NCBI GenBank assembly: GCA_045648705.1
Contig: JAZROO010000060.1
Span: 4,238 to 68,237, forward strand
Direction: 5' to 3'
DNA: 64,000 nucleotides
Origin: Eubacteriales bacterium
Lineage (GTDB): Bacteria; Bacillota; Clostridia; Oscillospirales; QAKW01
Positions 38,076 through 46,625 of the stretch are shown here, piece after piece. The notes beneath the pieces are model-generated. The model ran no database searches. It was given only the letters and a program-made list of their open reading frames with translations, and was not told where the DNA came from. The position numbers were made by a program, and so were the translations under genes. Numbering within the stretch: position 1 is the first letter of the stretch; each line of letters begins with the position of its first letter.

Positions 38076-38968
38076 TAAAATCCCTCCCCATTGAATTTTG
38101 GAATAAAACTTTCTTTTTGGGTTTCCCCGTCTTGAATATACGCATTTTTTATCCCAATTTGTAATGCGAAATTGATTATATCATCATATTCCTTTTCAGT
38201 CAACGTTCTATTCAGTTGCGCAACAGGCAACTCACCAATTGGCGTATATTGATTCATAATACTGATTATAATATCATCACCAAATGTATGATAAATCTTT
38301 TGCAAAACTTTCTTTGAATTTTCAAGATAGCCCGGCAAAACCAAATGCCTTACTATAACCCCACGCTTTAACATATCATTTTGGTCATATTTCGGTTTAC
38401 CAACCTGCTCAACCATTGCTTTTAAAGCATTAAAAGCAACGTAATCATAGTCAGTAACAAACGAAAGTTGTTTTCCTAGAGCCTCATCAGCATATTTGTA
38501 GTCAGTTAAATAAACCGAAACTGTATCTGAAAGTTCTTGAATTGCCTCAACTCTTTCATATCCCGATGTGTTATATACTATAGGTAAATGTAAACCATTG
38601 TTTCTGGCTAATGCAACAGCCTGTTTTAAGTGTAACCAATAGTGTGTCGGTGTAACAAAATTAATGTTATGGGCGCCTTGATCCTGTAAACGAATCATTG
38701 CATCACTCAGTTCAGATATAGTCACGTCTTTTCCAAGACAATTGCGGCTCAAAACAGCGTTTTGACAATATAGGCACCCAAGACTGCATCCAGAGAAAAA
38801 GATAGTACCCGAGCCATTTTCGCCCGAAATACAGGGCTCTTCCCACATATGCAAAGCCGCTCTGGCGACTTTGATATTATCACCAGATACACCACAAGCC
38901 CCCGACGCAATTGTTCGATCAACCCCACAACAACGAGGACACAAATTGCATTTATTTATCGAAAACAT
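38075..38968 (-). CDS. Radical SAM protein, PflX-type (homologue of pyruvate formate-lyase activase; COG1313-like)
   Basis: N-terminal CNLCPRCCGVDR cluster and the radical SAM motif CSLGCLYCQN; 297 aa. Confidence 0.8.
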   Translation of the reverse strand: MFSINKCNLCPRCCGVDRTIASGACGVSGDNIKVARAALHMWEEPCISGENGSGTIFFSGCSLGCLYCQNAVLSRNCLGKDVTISELSDAMIRLQDQGAHNINFVTPTHYWLHLKQAVALARNNGLHLPIVYNTSGYERVEAIQELSDTVSVYLTDYKYADEALGKQLSFVTDYDYVAFNALKAMVEQVGKPKYDQNDMLKRGVIVRHLVLPGYLENSKKVLQKIYHTFGDDIIISIMNQYTPIGELPVAQLNRTLTEKEYDDIINFALQIGIKNAYIQDGETQKESFIPKFNGEGF

Positions 38969-38995
38969 ATTTTTTCCTTAAACATAAGTAATTGA

Positions 38996-39032
38996 TTATA
39001 AAGAGACGACGAACAATGTTCGTCGTCTCTTT
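38996..39032 (-). terminator. Terminator of the eight-gene ABC-associated operon
   Basis: Perfect 15-bp stem AAAGAGACGACGAAC / GTTCGTCGTCTCTTT starting 9 nt after the last stop codon. Confidence 0.65.
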
Positions 39033-39040
39033 GCAAATTA

Positions 39041-40051
39041 TTAACCAACGATACCGGCACGAGTAATAGACTCTGTAAATTTCTTTTGCAATGTAATAAA
39101 CAAAATAAACAACGGAGCTATGTACAGCACCAAGCCCGCACGCCAAATCGGGAACAATTCGTTTTTATTCGTTCCGGCATAAGGACTATCAGATGCCGTA
39201 AGTTGTGAACGCATATTGTCCATAACAAACGGAAGCGTATCGAGTTCAGGCATGAACAGCGGAATGGTATAGAAGTCGTTCCAATACCATACCAAACAGA
39301 ACAAAAATACTGTGGTAAATGCGGGACCCGCATTAGGTACCAGTATTTTAACAAAGGTTCCGATTGCACCGCATCCGTCAATACAAGCAGCCTCTTCCAG
39401 TTCCTTGGGGAAACCGCTAAAGAATTGACGATAAATGAATACGAACAAGCCACTGCGGATACCGGCAGCAAACAAAGCCGGCAATATAACAGCCCAAAGA
39501 GTGCTAGTTAAATCAACATACGGCTCACTCATGATTCCGATACTGTTCAAACCGGTAAACATTGCCAAGGGATCAAAATAGCGGAAGCTAACATACATGG
39601 TAATATTAACGGTTTGAGGCGGAACAATCATCGTAAATACGAGCAGTGCAAACAGCAGGCCTTTTCCGGGGAATTTAAATCTAGAAAGACCATAACCTGC
39701 CATAGAACATACAACTACTTGAAGAATGGTGGGCCAAACAGCTGTGTTAAAGGTATTAACCAAAGCAGAACCATAATCCATAAATTCCCAAGCTTCAAAG
39801 AAGTTATTAATGGTAAAATGCTTGGGTATCAGAATAATGGTTGAATCATATACATCCATAGGATCTCTGATTGCGAATGATACGCAATAAATCAACGGAT
39901 ATAAAATGATATAACTCAAACCTACCAAGATCAGTGCGATTACAAGACTTACCAACAATTTTGACAGGATGTAGACAATCGAACGACGATCGGTGGTCTT
40001 GCCGGTTTCACTCTTTTTAAATTGATTTTTAATTGATTTAAAAATACTCAT
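39041..40051 (-). CDS. Carbohydrate ABC transporter permease (MalG/CUT1 type), second pair
   Basis: Six predicted membrane helices and an EAA loop LEEAACIDGCGAIGTFVKILVPNAGP. RBS GGGAGGG. Confidence 0.85.
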   Translation of the reverse strand: MSIFKSIKNQFKKSETGKTTDRRSIVYILSKLLVSLVIALILVGLSYIILYPLIYCVSFAIRDPMDVYDSTIILIPKHFTINNFFEAWEFMDYGSALVNTFNTAVWPTILQVVVCSMAGYGLSRFKFPGKGLLFALLVFTMIVPPQTVNITMYVSFRYFDPLAMFTGLNSIGIMSEPYVDLTSTLWAVILPALFAAGIRSGLFVFIYRQFFSGFPKELEEAACIDGCGAIGTFVKILVPNAGPAFTTVFLFCLVWYWNDFYTIPLFMPELDTLPFVMDNMRSQLTASDSPYAGTNKNELFPIWRAGLVLYIAPLFILFITLQKKFTESITRAGIVG

Positions 40052-40069
40052 TTTAGCAATCCCTCCCGT

Positions 40070-41197
40070 CTAATCCTTAATAAGCAACTTCTGCAGTGCA
40101 ATATAGACCAAACCAATAATAATAAAGATCAGGACAAAATACATCCACGACATAGCAGAAGCAGTTGCAAAGTCAAAGTTGCCGATCTTATTTTCAATCA
40201 AAATAAGCAAAACGTTATCATTGCTTGAGAATGAATCGATGATGGTATAAACAACGTTAACGATAATAATGGGAGAAACACTGGGGAAAGTAATCAACCA
40301 GAAAGTTTCCCAACCCGTTGCACCCTCAACGTCAGAAGCCTCATACAACGAAGGAGAAATACCTTGTAATGCTGCCAAGAACAACAAAATCTGAATACCA
40401 GATTGCCAAATGATATTGAAAATCTTATCAGATACCTTGGTCATGTATTCCAATACGCCCTCCGGCAAACCGGTATTATTAAGAATTTCTGTGGCATCAG
40501 TTACTGCAAACAATGTTCCCTTTGCAGCCTCACCCTGCATAACGGTTGCTGCATCTGATTCAGCGTTAAACGCTTTCATAACAACACCCGTAGTTACAAT
40601 AACGGGAAGGAAGAAAATTGCTCTTACCAGACCTCTGCCAATAAATTTTCTATTCAAAAGAACTGCAACAAACAAGCTAAAAACAATAATGACAGGCACA
40701 TTAACCAGCAAGTCGCCAAGCGTTGTGGTTAATTTTTGCACAAAGTCTGCATTTTTCAATGCATTCAAGTAGTTTTCAGCACCTGCCCAAGTAGTTGCAT
40801 AGTTATCAAACATAGAAATGTGTGAAAACGAGAAATTCAAAGACATCAGCAACGGCTGTAAAAAGAAGAACAGAAAGCCCATAAACCAAGGCAAAACAAA
40901 CATAAATCCAACAAAGCCCTGACGTTGTTCATATGAAATACCGCCACGCTTTTTCTTGAATTTAGGCAATGTGGGGTCGACTTTTTTGGTCTTTTTCTTT
41001 TCTTCGGTCGTTACAACTTTTTTCTTGGACAATTTGATTTTAATTTTTTGTACTTTTTTTGCGAGTTTTAAACGTTTCTTTCTGAGAGCTTTCGCCTGAC
41101 GTGAAGTTGGTGACAATGTAGCTAATTTCTCATCAATTTCAGCAAAGACTTTATCTCTTGCAGCTTCGATCTCAGCAATATTAATTTTTTCAGCCAT
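40070..41197 (-). CDS. Sugar ABC transporter permease (MalF/CUT1 type), second pair, with an ~88-aa Lys-rich N-terminal extension
   Basis: EAA loop LYEASDVEGATGWETFWLITFPSVSP. The N-terminus is ...AKALRKKRLKLAKKVQKIKIKLSKKKVVTTEEKKKTKKV.... The start overlaps the upstream stop (TAATG). Confidence 0.85.
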   Translation of the reverse strand: MAEKINIAEIEAARDKVFAEIDEKLATLSPTSRQAKALRKKRLKLAKKVQKIKIKLSKKKVVTTEEKKKTKKVDPTLPKFKKKRGGISYEQRQGFVGFMFVLPWFMGFLFFFLQPLLMSLNFSFSHISMFDNYATTWAGAENYLNALKNADFVQKLTTTLGDLLVNVPVIIVFSLFVAVLLNRKFIGRGLVRAIFFLPVIVTTGVVMKAFNAESDAATVMQGEAAKGTLFAVTDATEILNNTGLPEGVLEYMTKVSDKIFNIIWQSGIQILLFLAALQGISPSLYEASDVEGATGWETFWLITFPSVSPIIIVNVVYTIIDSFSSNDNVLLILIENKIGNFDFATASAMSWMYFVLIFIIIGLVYIALQKLLIKD

Positions 41198-43506
41198 TAT
41201 TTGTCACCTCCTACTACAACAAAATCAGTAGCGGGGATTTTTACACCATTGTAGGATACATCAGTATCACCATAATTAACGTATACCTTAGCGCCGTTTT
41301 CAAATGTTGTGATTTTCAAATTTTCAGTAACAACGGTATAATCAGTGATCGTAGAAATGCCTACGGCATCATAAACAACCTTCAAACGCTTATAAGCATT
41401 TGCCATATCCTCTCCGAGCAAAGCATACTCGGTAGAATAATAATAATTATAGGATGTATCCTTCAAGTTGTTTGAAGACTCGTAAGAAAGAACAGTGTAC
41501 AAACCTACACCAAACTGTGCGGAACGTAAGATTACATCATCAGTTTCTGCACTCAAGTTCAGTGCGGGACCGGAAATTCGTGTCAATCCACGGAGCGCCA
41601 CATGATAGAAAGGAACGTCATCTCTTGCAAAATAAAGTTCACTGCTATAAATAGGGGCTTCAACTACATTGTTTACCGCAGGAAATACATAAGCATTACC
41701 TTTGGAGGTAGTAATAATGCCATCAGTTTTCTCGGCAGCATTATTCAAAATAGATGTAACAGAATTGGTCATTGCATCTCTTGTATACTCATCATCTGCA
41801 TTGTATGCAGGATAAGGATCATAACCAATTGTTGAGAAAGAATAGTTCTCAATTCCGGCATTTGAAGCTTCATCAACAAATTTAGAAGCAATTTCCATCA
41901 TTGCTGCCGGACGGAAGAGATAATGCGGAGTACGTGTCTTATCAACACGATTTAATGAAATAATGAATGGGAACAGCGCTACAGGCGACAAATCCAATCC
42001 ATAAACAGTAGAATTGATTTTAGTATATGAGCCGGACGGTCCAAAGAAATTAACCAAATCCACGTCAAATTGAAGCGGAACATTCAGTTCATCTGCAGTT
42101 CCCATCAATTGCTGAACGCCTTTTTTGCCGCCAAGCTTTGACTCGGGAACAACCTTGGTGCTTACGGAAGACTCCAAGCCGCCGCTATTCCAACCAATCA
42201 TACCGCAAATCATATTATCTACGCCCAAATCTGACAGGTCAGTTAAAATTTCTTCTGCTTGTTCAAAAGTGGTCATAGAATCAACACCAACATATGGGAA
42301 ACCAAGAAAATGCTTTGTGCGTTTATATGCGCCAATCAAAGTCACGTTCATAGGTGTGCCGTCATCTTTTTCTAAAGAATTCATTCCCAAGTCTTCTGTT
42401 AAGTATTGACGGTATTTTTGAGCCATTCCAATGTAATCCGCATCGTCGCCGGCCAAAGGATACACTCTCATTTTGAAGTTAGAGGGCAAAGTGTCTGAAT
42501 AATAAACACCGGCACCTGTTGTACCTGCACCGGTACGACGGGTTTGCGAATCACGGAGTTTAATTATCGGATAAGCAAAATTATAACTGTTAAGCATACC
42601 GGAACAATATGCCTTTAAAGTTACGTTGGCTTCACTCTGTGTCATAACAGAAATAAAAGCACTGTCATTCTTTTTGATGCCATAAACGGGCAAATGAATG
42701 TTTTCGGTTAAATCAATACCATAAAAGTTTTCGTTAATTGATCCAACATCCGTCGGGTCTTTTGCATAAACGTAGCCGTCATAAACGTTAACGTTATGGA
42801 AAGATTGATTGAACTTCATCAAAGAGCCCATACCATCGGGCAACAGAATATATCCTTCATCTTTAGGATTACCTGCGCCGAACATCTGCATCATACCGAT
42901 GCTTAAAATTCTGTTTTCCGCCATCTCGTTAATGGAATCGATAAGCAACTCAATTTCAAGATAATCATCTTTCAGAGTCAGCATCACAGGAATAATAAAT
43001 CCTGTTTCATTGCTATCGAAAAAATATGAGATGATCTGGCTATCGCCATAGGTTTCTGTAAAAACATTTGCCTCAGTAGAATTAATTTCGTATGTTTGGA
43101 AGTTTTCTGTTATGTAACTAACAGACAATTGCATTTGAGAAAGTTTTTTCGTTTCAGCATTTGCAACATTATCACGATCACTGTCGAGCGGATTTGAGAA
43201 GAAAACTGAAGAATCTTTTTTGTTCTCCAAAGCATATTCGCCGGTTATATAATCGAGATACAAAGCAAGATTTTTGTTTTCAGATACCTTTTCATAGCTC
43301 TCAGGTATTGTATAGTTAGCAGAACTTTCAAATAAACTGGGATCTACCTTTTGCGAAATTACGTTTTCGGAACCATTTTCTGCAGATTCTGTAGATTCAG
43401 CATCTGTGACAGCCTCTTCTTCATCTGCAAAAGCACAAACAGAAAATAACGAAATAAGCATAAGGACTGCAAGGAGCAGCGATATTATTTTTTTAGTTTT
43501 AAACAT
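41197..43506 (-). CDS. Secreted 769-aa protein of unknown function (from memory it resembles the DUF5696 family)
   Basis: Signal peptide MFKTKKIISLLLAVLMLISLFSVCAFA. No catalytic motif recognised. RBS GGAGGGGAG. The family call is unverified. Confidence 0.6.
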   Translation of the reverse strand: MFKTKKIISLLLAVLMLISLFSVCAFADEEEAVTDAESTESAENGSENVISQKVDPSLFESSANYTIPESYEKVSENKNLALYLDYITGEYALENKKDSSVFFSNPLDSDRDNVANAETKKLSQMQLSVSYITENFQTYEINSTEANVFTETYGDSQIISYFFDSNETGFIIPVMLTLKDDYLEIELLIDSINEMAENRILSIGMMQMFGAGNPKDEGYILLPDGMGSLMKFNQSFHNVNVYDGYVYAKDPTDVGSINENFYGIDLTENIHLPVYGIKKNDSAFISVMTQSEANVTLKAYCSGMLNSYNFAYPIIKLRDSQTRRTGAGTTGAGVYYSDTLPSNFKMRVYPLAGDDADYIGMAQKYRQYLTEDLGMNSLEKDDGTPMNVTLIGAYKRTKHFLGFPYVGVDSMTTFEQAEEILTDLSDLGVDNMICGMIGWNSGGLESSVSTKVVPESKLGGKKGVQQLMGTADELNVPLQFDVDLVNFFGPSGSYTKINSTVYGLDLSPVALFPFIISLNRVDKTRTPHYLFRPAAMMEIASKFVDEASNAGIENYSFSTIGYDPYPAYNADDEYTRDAMTNSVTSILNNAAEKTDGIITTSKGNAYVFPAVNNVVEAPIYSSELYFARDDVPFYHVALRGLTRISGPALNLSAETDDVILRSAQFGVGLYTVLSYESSNNLKDTSYNYYYSTEYALLGEDMANAYKRLKVVYDAVGISTITDYTVVTENLKITTFENGAKVYVNYGDTDVSYNGVKIPATDFVVVGGDK

Positions 43507-43519
43507 ATGTACTCCCCTC

Positions 43520-44191
43520 CTATCCTTGAGCTCTCAATGTAAGTTCGATATATATCGTCATTACGAAAGTGAATAATTGTTGCAACAAAATAACAAATAA
43601 ATATACCAAGAAGAATATAATTGCCATTGCTACAACGGATAACAACATACACCAGATTGTTTTACTCATGGAGTAGTTGTGCAAACGCTTCATAGAAAAT
43701 GTAAGCAACGATAAGAACCACAACCATGCGCAAACATTAACCATATTAATGAACACATATTCATCAGCGGTTACAACATTAGAAAAAATCGTGTCAAACA
43801 CTTTATAAATGGTTAACGGGGTCAGACAATAACATGTATAAATGTAAATGTCTATCATCTTGCCCTCGCCTTCCAGCAAAGTACAAAGCGCCCAGTTTCC
43901 GACAACAAAAAGCAAAACGATAACACAAGAACGAAGCAAAACATTGAACAAATTAAAGTCATCAGCTTTGGCTGTGTTAAACAAGAAGCCTTTTGCAACA
44001 GAAACCATAATTTCGGATATTGTGAATAAAATCAAAAGGATTGTTGCCCAAAATACAGAGCCATTTCCCTTTTCTTTCATGTCTTCAACAGTATCAATCG
44101 GATGCGTTAAAATCAATAACGGATTTTTCTTAGCCTTTTCACGATAAAATAAGGCAACGCAAAAATCTTTAATAGCGTTCAAAAATTTCAT
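43520..44191 (-). CDS. Yip1-domain-like polytopic membrane protein
   Basis: 223 aa with a short cytoplasmic N-terminus followed by five hydrophobic helices. The start overlaps the upstream stop (TAATG). Confidence 0.6.
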   Translation of the reverse strand: MKFLNAIKDFCVALFYREKAKKNPLLILTHPIDTVEDMKEKGNGSVFWATILLILFTISEIMVSVAKGFLFNTAKADDFNLFNVLLRSCVIVLLFVVGNWALCTLLEGEGKMIDIYIYTCYCLTPLTIYKVFDTIFSNVVTADEYVFINMVNVCAWLWFLSLLTFSMKRLHNYSMSKTIWCMLLSVVAMAIIFFLVYLFVILLQQLFTFVMTIYIELTLRAQG

Positions 44192-45741
44192 TATTGATCA
44201 CCGCCCTTCCGTGCTTTGATTTTTTTGATGATTTTTCGTCCATACTTTTTTGTAACAATCAAAGCAGCAAGGAGTAAAATCACAATTAAGATTACCCAAG
44301 TGAAGTTGGCTCTGATTACATCATCACGATAAAGCTTGTAAGTTCTGGAATAATTATTACGATCATTGCCGAGTTTAAATTCGTCCAATGCATCTTTATA
44401 ATTTCCACGCAAATAATGAACTTTACCAAGGCCGATATGCGCCAACTCAGAGTTAGCATCATATTTTAATACAGTTTCCCACGGGCCTTGTGCTTCGTCA
44501 TATTTACCCTGATTGTAATAACCAACCGCAGCGTGAAGGTCTTCACCAAAATCAGAAAGTTTGAAAATGGTAATTGCGCCGACACTGGAATCAATAACAA
44601 CAGTTTTATCACCTAATTTAATTGCAGCCGAAGGACTGGTGAGCAAACCTTCTTGGATTTGATTGATTTGGTTACCTTTGTTTCCGTAAACAAAAATCAA
44701 ATTGCCTTCTTTGTCGTACTCAAAAATTCTGCCAAGGTTGCTATCAAGCAAGGTGAAAAAGCCGTCATCATCCAAGCAAATATCAGCAAATACGTTACCT
44801 GCACCTTGGGTAGCACGTGTAATCAAATCGCCATAGTTTGAAGAAAGAGATGCATTTTGCTTACATGTACTTTTTTGCAACGGATCCAAAATATTCTTAC
44901 CTTGGAAGTTTAATTTATAAACCTCCTCAGTAGAAGATTCGTTAGAAGCAACCATTGTGAAGATAAAGCCATTGTCATCAACAGTCAAATTGGAAAATTC
45001 GCTGGGAACATAGGTAGCAAAATAATCATCAACTGAATCGCCGCCGATTACACGATAAATATTTCTCCAATAAATATTTAAGTAGTCAATAACAGAAAGT
45101 TGAACTTCAGGTGCGCCAAAAAATCTAACAAAGGATCCCTTGGTATCAAACTCCATGATACCATCGGTGCTACCTTTTGAAATAACAAAGATAGAGCCAT
45201 TGATACCGATACCGAGCTTTTGAGGACGGTATGTAAAGGATTCGTTAACATATTGTTGCGGCGGTGCGCCGAATACCAATACAACTTGACCATTCGAATC
45301 CATTTTTAAAACACGGAAGGAGTCAGGATCGCAAAGATATATATATCCCTTGTTATCCATACAAATGCCGCTTGCATTGATGACCTCAAGTTCTTCCCCA
45401 TTCAAACCAATAAATTTATCAATTACTTTAACAAGTTTGAAGTTTTTGTCCAGAATTATGATTCTGCTTCGTGAACCTTCAGCACCACCATCTACGATAT
45501 AAATATTTCCATCTTTTGAAAGATACATATCTGATGGATTGACAAATTCGTCAATTCCTACATCTGCGCCAAACAAAACCTTTTCAGGAATGTAACCGGC
45601 AGGACCATTAACAATTTCACCATAGTAGTCAAAGTTATATGCTGTATAAGGAATGTAGGCAAAAGCCGTGGTAGATACGAGCATAGCAATGACAATCATC
45701 GAAATAACGAGAGAAATAATTTTATTGATTTTTCTATTCAT
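44191..45741 (-). CDS. Doubly anchored extracytoplasmic protein with a six-bladed NHL-type beta-propeller and a TPR segment
   Basis: N-terminal signal/anchor and C-terminal helix WVILIVILLLAALIV followed by KKYGRKIIKKIKARK. Six repeats of the type DxxGxIYVxD (for example DGNIYIVD, KGYIYLCD, NGSIFVIS, NGFIFTMV, DGFFTLLD, DKTVVIDS). TPR-like segment GKYDEAQGPWETVLKYDANSELAHIGLGKVHYLRGNYKDALDEF. Confidence 0.7.
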   Translation of the reverse strand: MNRKINKIISLVISMIVIAMLVSTTAFAYIPYTAYNFDYYGEIVNGPAGYIPEKVLFGADVGIDEFVNPSDMYLSKDGNIYIVDGGAEGSRSRIIILDKNFKLVKVIDKFIGLNGEELEVINASGICMDNKGYIYLCDPDSFRVLKMDSNGQVVLVFGAPPQQYVNESFTYRPQKLGIGINGSIFVISKGSTDGIMEFDTKGSFVRFFGAPEVQLSVIDYLNIYWRNIYRVIGGDSVDDYFATYVPSEFSNLTVDDNGFIFTMVASNESSTEEVYKLNFQGKNILDPLQKSTCKQNASLSSNYGDLITRATQGAGNVFADICLDDDGFFTLLDSNLGRIFEYDKEGNLIFVYGNKGNQINQIQEGLLTSPSAAIKLGDKTVVIDSSVGAITIFKLSDFGEDLHAAVGYYNQGKYDEAQGPWETVLKYDANSELAHIGLGKVHYLRGNYKDALDEFKLGNDRNNYSRTYKLYRDDVIRANFTWVILIVILLLAALIVTKKYGRKIIKKIKARKGGDQ

Positions 45742-45753
45742 ATCATTTCCCTC

Positions 45754-46608
45754 CTAACCCTTAATACCGGCATGTGACATTGTCTTAACGGTACTACTTT
45801 GTGCAAATATAAAGAATATAATTGCCGGAACCATCATTATGATCGAAGCAGCATACGCTTCACCGGCACGGCTTACGCTACCTGCCGCAGTAATCTGGCT
45901 GAGTGCTGCAGGAAGTGTTTTCAGTGTTTCGGTGTAAATGTAAGACGATGATGTTGCGTTCCAGTTACGTTGGAATGCGAAGATTGCCAAAGTCATCCAA
46001 GCAGGCTTAACACAAGGCATTACGATATTCCAAAGAATTGTCCACTCGGAAGCACCATCAATTTTACATGCTTCAATCATTGCCATAGGTATGGAATCCA
46101 TATTCTGTTTCAAAAGGAATACGCCCATTGTAGCACCAATTTCAGGCAACCAATAAGCCAAATAAGAATCGATGATTCCCAAATAAGACATTACCAGATA
46201 TGCCGGAACCTCCAATACTGCAGAATGGAACAACAAAGCCCATACAACAATATTAAAGATTAATTTTTTGCCCGGAAACTTATTTTTTGCCAAAGGATAT
46301 GCACACATGGCAGCAGCCAAAATGTGAATAATGGTACCAACAATTGTATTTAATATGGAGTTAAATACGTATCTGGAGAAAGGTACCCAGGAAGACGATG
46401 TTAAATCAAACAACTGTGAGAAGTTCGCAAGTGTCGGATTTTTAACAAAGAAGCGAGGCGGAAAGATGAACAATTCGTTATACGGCTTGAAAGCCTGTAA
46501 AACCGCATAAATTAACGGCAACGCCATGATGGCACCATACAACAACAATAAAAGATATGTAGTAATGTCGCCCATAATGGCAATCTTATTTTTTCTAAGC
46601 TTTGACAT
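45754..46608 (-). CDS. Carbohydrate ABC transporter permease (MalG/CUT1 type), first pair
   Basis: EAA loop MIEACKIDGASEWTILWNIVMPCVKP; 284 aa. Confidence 0.9.
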   Translation of the reverse strand: MSKLRKNKIAIMGDITTYLLLLLYGAIMALPLIYAVLQAFKPYNELFIFPPRFFVKNPTLANFSQLFDLTSSSWVPFSRYVFNSILNTIVGTIIHILAAAMCAYPLAKNKFPGKKLIFNIVVWALLFHSAVLEVPAYLVMSYLGIIDSYLAYWLPEIGATMGVFLLKQNMDSIPMAMIEACKIDGASEWTILWNIVMPCVKPAWMTLAIFAFQRNWNATSSSYIYTETLKTLPAALSQITAAGSVSRAGEAYAASIIMMVPAIIFFIFAQSSTVKTMSHAGIKG

Positions 46609-46625
46609 AGTTCTATTCCACCTCC

